A stretch of 64,000 bases of DNA, taken from positions 4,096,001-4,160,000 of the forward strand of contig OZ244587.1 in NCBI GenBank assembly GCA_965218095.1. The letters are read 5' to 3'. Shown piece by piece: positions 61,857-64,000 of this stretch; within the stretch, counting starts at the first letter, position 1; each line of letters starts with the position of its first letter. The stretch comes from Candidatus Poribacteria bacterium (GTDB taxonomy: Bacteria > Poribacteria > WGA-4E > PCPOR2b). The notes beneath the pieces were generated by a model. It was not told the origin of the DNA. It made no database searches and saw only the letters and a program-made list of their open reading frames with translations. Made by a program: the position numbers and the translations under genes.

Positions 61857-61942
61857 TTGGACGAGGTTTCGGATTCTTTATAACCTTCACATTATCCTCT
61901 GGTTTTTTGGCCTCGGATGGTCTATCTACAGTTCTTAAGTTC

Positions 61943-62623
61943 TTACACGCCCCGTCGATTTCCCCAAATATCAACGTGAACTCGCGGCGAATAGCGATAG
62001 CCATGCTTCTTGCAGATTTCCACAAGCCATTCCTGTTTGGGCACCAATTCTTCAGGAGTCATGCCCTGGGGCATCAGTACGATTGTTTCCGGTGGGATGG
62101 GGATTTCAGCCTGTAGCATTTTGATTTCCTCAAGGTCTTCCGGCTGATCGACGACAAACTTGACCTGGCACTCGCATTGATCGAGGAATTGTCGGATAAC
62201 GTCGGCGCGGATACGCCCGCGCTCATGCATCCGAAAGTAGCGATTATCGCCGGGCGGGTTGGAGTTTCGCAGTTTGGGACTCATGGAAATCAGGTGTGCT
62301 GCCACAGGCGCAAATATCGTCGCGTTCGTTTCGATGGTGATGTGATGTCTCCGCCGATCGAGTTCTTGACATAATTCGGTCAAATCTTTTATCTGGACAA
62401 ATGGTTCGCCTCCCGTAATCACGACATGCTTGCAGCCGTATTGGGCGATTGCCTCAACAGCCTCCGCGACGGTCATATCTTTGTTTTCTGGACTCCAGGA
62501 TGTATAAGGGGTATCACACCAGACACACCTCAGATTGCAGTAGCTCGTCCGAAAGAAGACGGAGGGCACGCCAATCAGTTTTCCTTCTCCCTGAATTGTA
62601 TGGAAAAATTCACTGTATTTCAT
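61943..62623 (-). CDS. queE: 7-carboxy-7-deazaguanine synthase
   Basis: F.TIQGEG, CNLRCVWCDT, ITGGEP, IETN, SPK, SPRVH. Confidence 0.93.
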   Translation of the reverse strand: MKYSEFFHTIQGEGKLIGVPSVFFRTSYCNLRCVWCDTPYTSWSPENKDMTVAEAVEAIAQYGCKHVVITGGEPFVQIKDLTELCQELDRRRHHITIETNATIFAPVAAHLISMSPKLRNSNPPGDNRYFRMHERGRIRADVIRQFLDQCECQVKFVVDQPEDLEEIKMLQAEIPIPPETIVLMPQGMTPEELVPKQEWLVEICKKHGYRYSPRVHVDIWGNRRGV

Positions 62624-62625
62624 AT

Positions 62626-63237
62626 TTAGAAAGGCAACTCCAATTCCAGTTGCTTCGGGGGCGTCGGGTGTCCAATGTGATAGCCCTTCTGGATCTTGTC
62701 GTGGTGTAGTCGATTCCACTCCCTCTCGGCTTCCTCAAGGCGGTAATCAAACACCTTTTCTGTCTGCTGAAGGCTTTTTTTGCCTCGACGACCGTAGCGA
62801 CTGATGACGGAATAGAAATCGACTGTTAACGCTTGGGCAAGATAGAGGTGATAAACCTTGTCTGATGTTTCCTCCTGATAGTAGAGGTGTGCAACTCGCT
62901 TTGCAAGCAACTTTTCATCAAAAGGGAGGAAAATCGCATCCTTTGCAGGGAAATAGAGAGAAACATTCCAGCCTCCCTCCACACGAGATTGATAGTTTTC
63001 ATACACAAAGGTGCATAGCCCACCTTCATCCGTTGCGTGAAACTCGATTCGCTGGTCAGGCGTTGCGCAGAGTTCATCTAAGACGACGGGCAGTTTTTCT
63101 TGAAGCGTTTCTGGCGTTTCCTGAATCGGGGATTCTATCACCTTTATCCCTTCTGCTTGAACCGATACTACAATACTTGCCACCCAATTTGATAGGCTCG
63201 CCTGAGAGACACTAGCGGTGTACAACTCTAATCTCAT
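62626..63237 (-). CDS. Protein with C-terminal WGR-like domain
   Basis: SDKVYHL, V.SRYGRRG, K..KGY. Confidence 0.7.
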   Translation of the reverse strand: MRLELYTASVSQASLSNWVASIVVSVQAEGIKVIESPIQETPETLQEKLPVVLDELCATPDQRIEFHATDEGGLCTFVYENYQSRVEGGWNVSLYFPAKDAIFLPFDEKLLAKRVAHLYYQEETSDKVYHLYLAQALTVDFYSVISRYGRRGKKSLQQTEKVFDYRLEEAEREWNRLHHDKIQKGYHIGHPTPPKQLELELPF

Positions 63238-63635
63238 CTAGAGGCTCCCTTCCGTCGTATGACCATAACGTATGACCATAAAGAGAAACCTGATAGACCT
63301 TATAAAATCTTCAAGTTTGTATCTTGACGTTGTTACATTCGCCTCCCGACCCCAATTCTGCTTACTTTTACCCAAATTTTTTCGCTCGGTGATGAAATCG
63401 TCGCGCTGCAGAAATCGGTTCCACAAGTCTCTAGCGGAGCGAGATCCTGCGTAGTGGGGCCGTTAAAAACTTGTGGGTAGAAGTAAGACAGCATTGGGGA
63501 ACTGGGGACAGCAAGTTGAAAACTCTCAGTCGGAGACCGGAGCCACCAGTGGATCTGCCGATGAACTCTTTTAATCTTACGAGTTTTTCACTTATACCTG
63601 TTTGGGTTTGAAATGATGGATTGAGACGCTGAGAC

Positions 63636-63710
63636 GGAAGGAAGGGAAGAAAGGAAGGAGGGAGGAAAAGGCGATTTTTCCCTTTCTTCCATCCTTCCTT
63701 TCCTTCCAAC
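63636..63710. repeat. Purine/pyrimidine short-repeat palindrome (GGAAGGAW/WTCCTTCC family)
   Basis: Same family at 19171-19217 and 30481-30502. Confidence 0.7.
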
Positions 63711-63741
63711 CCGCCCTAACTGAAAAAATCGTATTAATCTA

Positions 63742-64000
63742 ACCCAAGTTGCTAGTAATTGAAAATCCATGGGTTTTCCGTTAAAGTAGAGGTAATCCAA
63801 ACCATAATACCTCAAAGGAGAAACCAAAGGAGAAACCCATGGACATCCAAATTGTAACCATTTTCTATCTCTGTGACAAGCTCTTAGAAGCACTCAACTC
63901 AAAACCACACCCACAAACGCAGATGTCTGATGCCGAAGTCATGACCACCGGCATCGTCGCTGCGTTGTTCTTCGGGGCAAACTTGCAAACCACTTGTGAC
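63742..64000 (+). mobile_element. IS982 family element, left end and transposase start (ATG 63839)
   Basis: ACCCAAGTTGC terminus; MDIQIVTIFYLCD..MSDAEVMTT..VAALFF. Confidence 0.8.

Noticed and set aside
63434-63563. Glycine riboswitch (AACTCTCAG)
   Set aside because: The conserved elements are in the wrong order and no suitable gene lies downstream

Overview
Bacterial chromosomal window (about 50% GC). Gene content and repeat families suggest Candidatus Poribacteria or a similar host-associated lineage (inference only). Four blocks. (1) 1-20.5 kb: catabolic genes (NRAMP-like permease, 2-hydroxyacid dehydrogenase, enolase-superfamily enzyme, Gfo/Idh/MocA oxidoreductases, PIG-L), RNase P RNA, and many gene fragments. 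(2) 20.6-35.8 kb: a decaying, mostly minus-strand defence island. A consensus promoter and a solo attC-like site precede sspB (DUF4007), sspC (nonsense codon plus frameshift) and sspD (PAPS reductase). These are followed not by sspE but by a GHKL ATPase-nuclease fusion, a sulfur-binding-domain HNH nuclease, an AlbA_2 protein and a DUF6884-like remnant. The island ends in nested IS1595/IS5 elements and an inverted-repeat unit with convergent promoters. (3) 35.8-50.8 kb: eight tandem, mosaic LivJ-type lipoprotein receptors with no permease, followed by a penicillin-acylase family gene and a trypsin-TPR protein. (4) 51-64 kb: DUF4129/DUF4350 genes, bioF, a kinase, and a WGR-queE-colicin-E5-like-amidohydrolase run, ending in an IS982 start. 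All family assignments come from motif recognition by eye; no searches were run.
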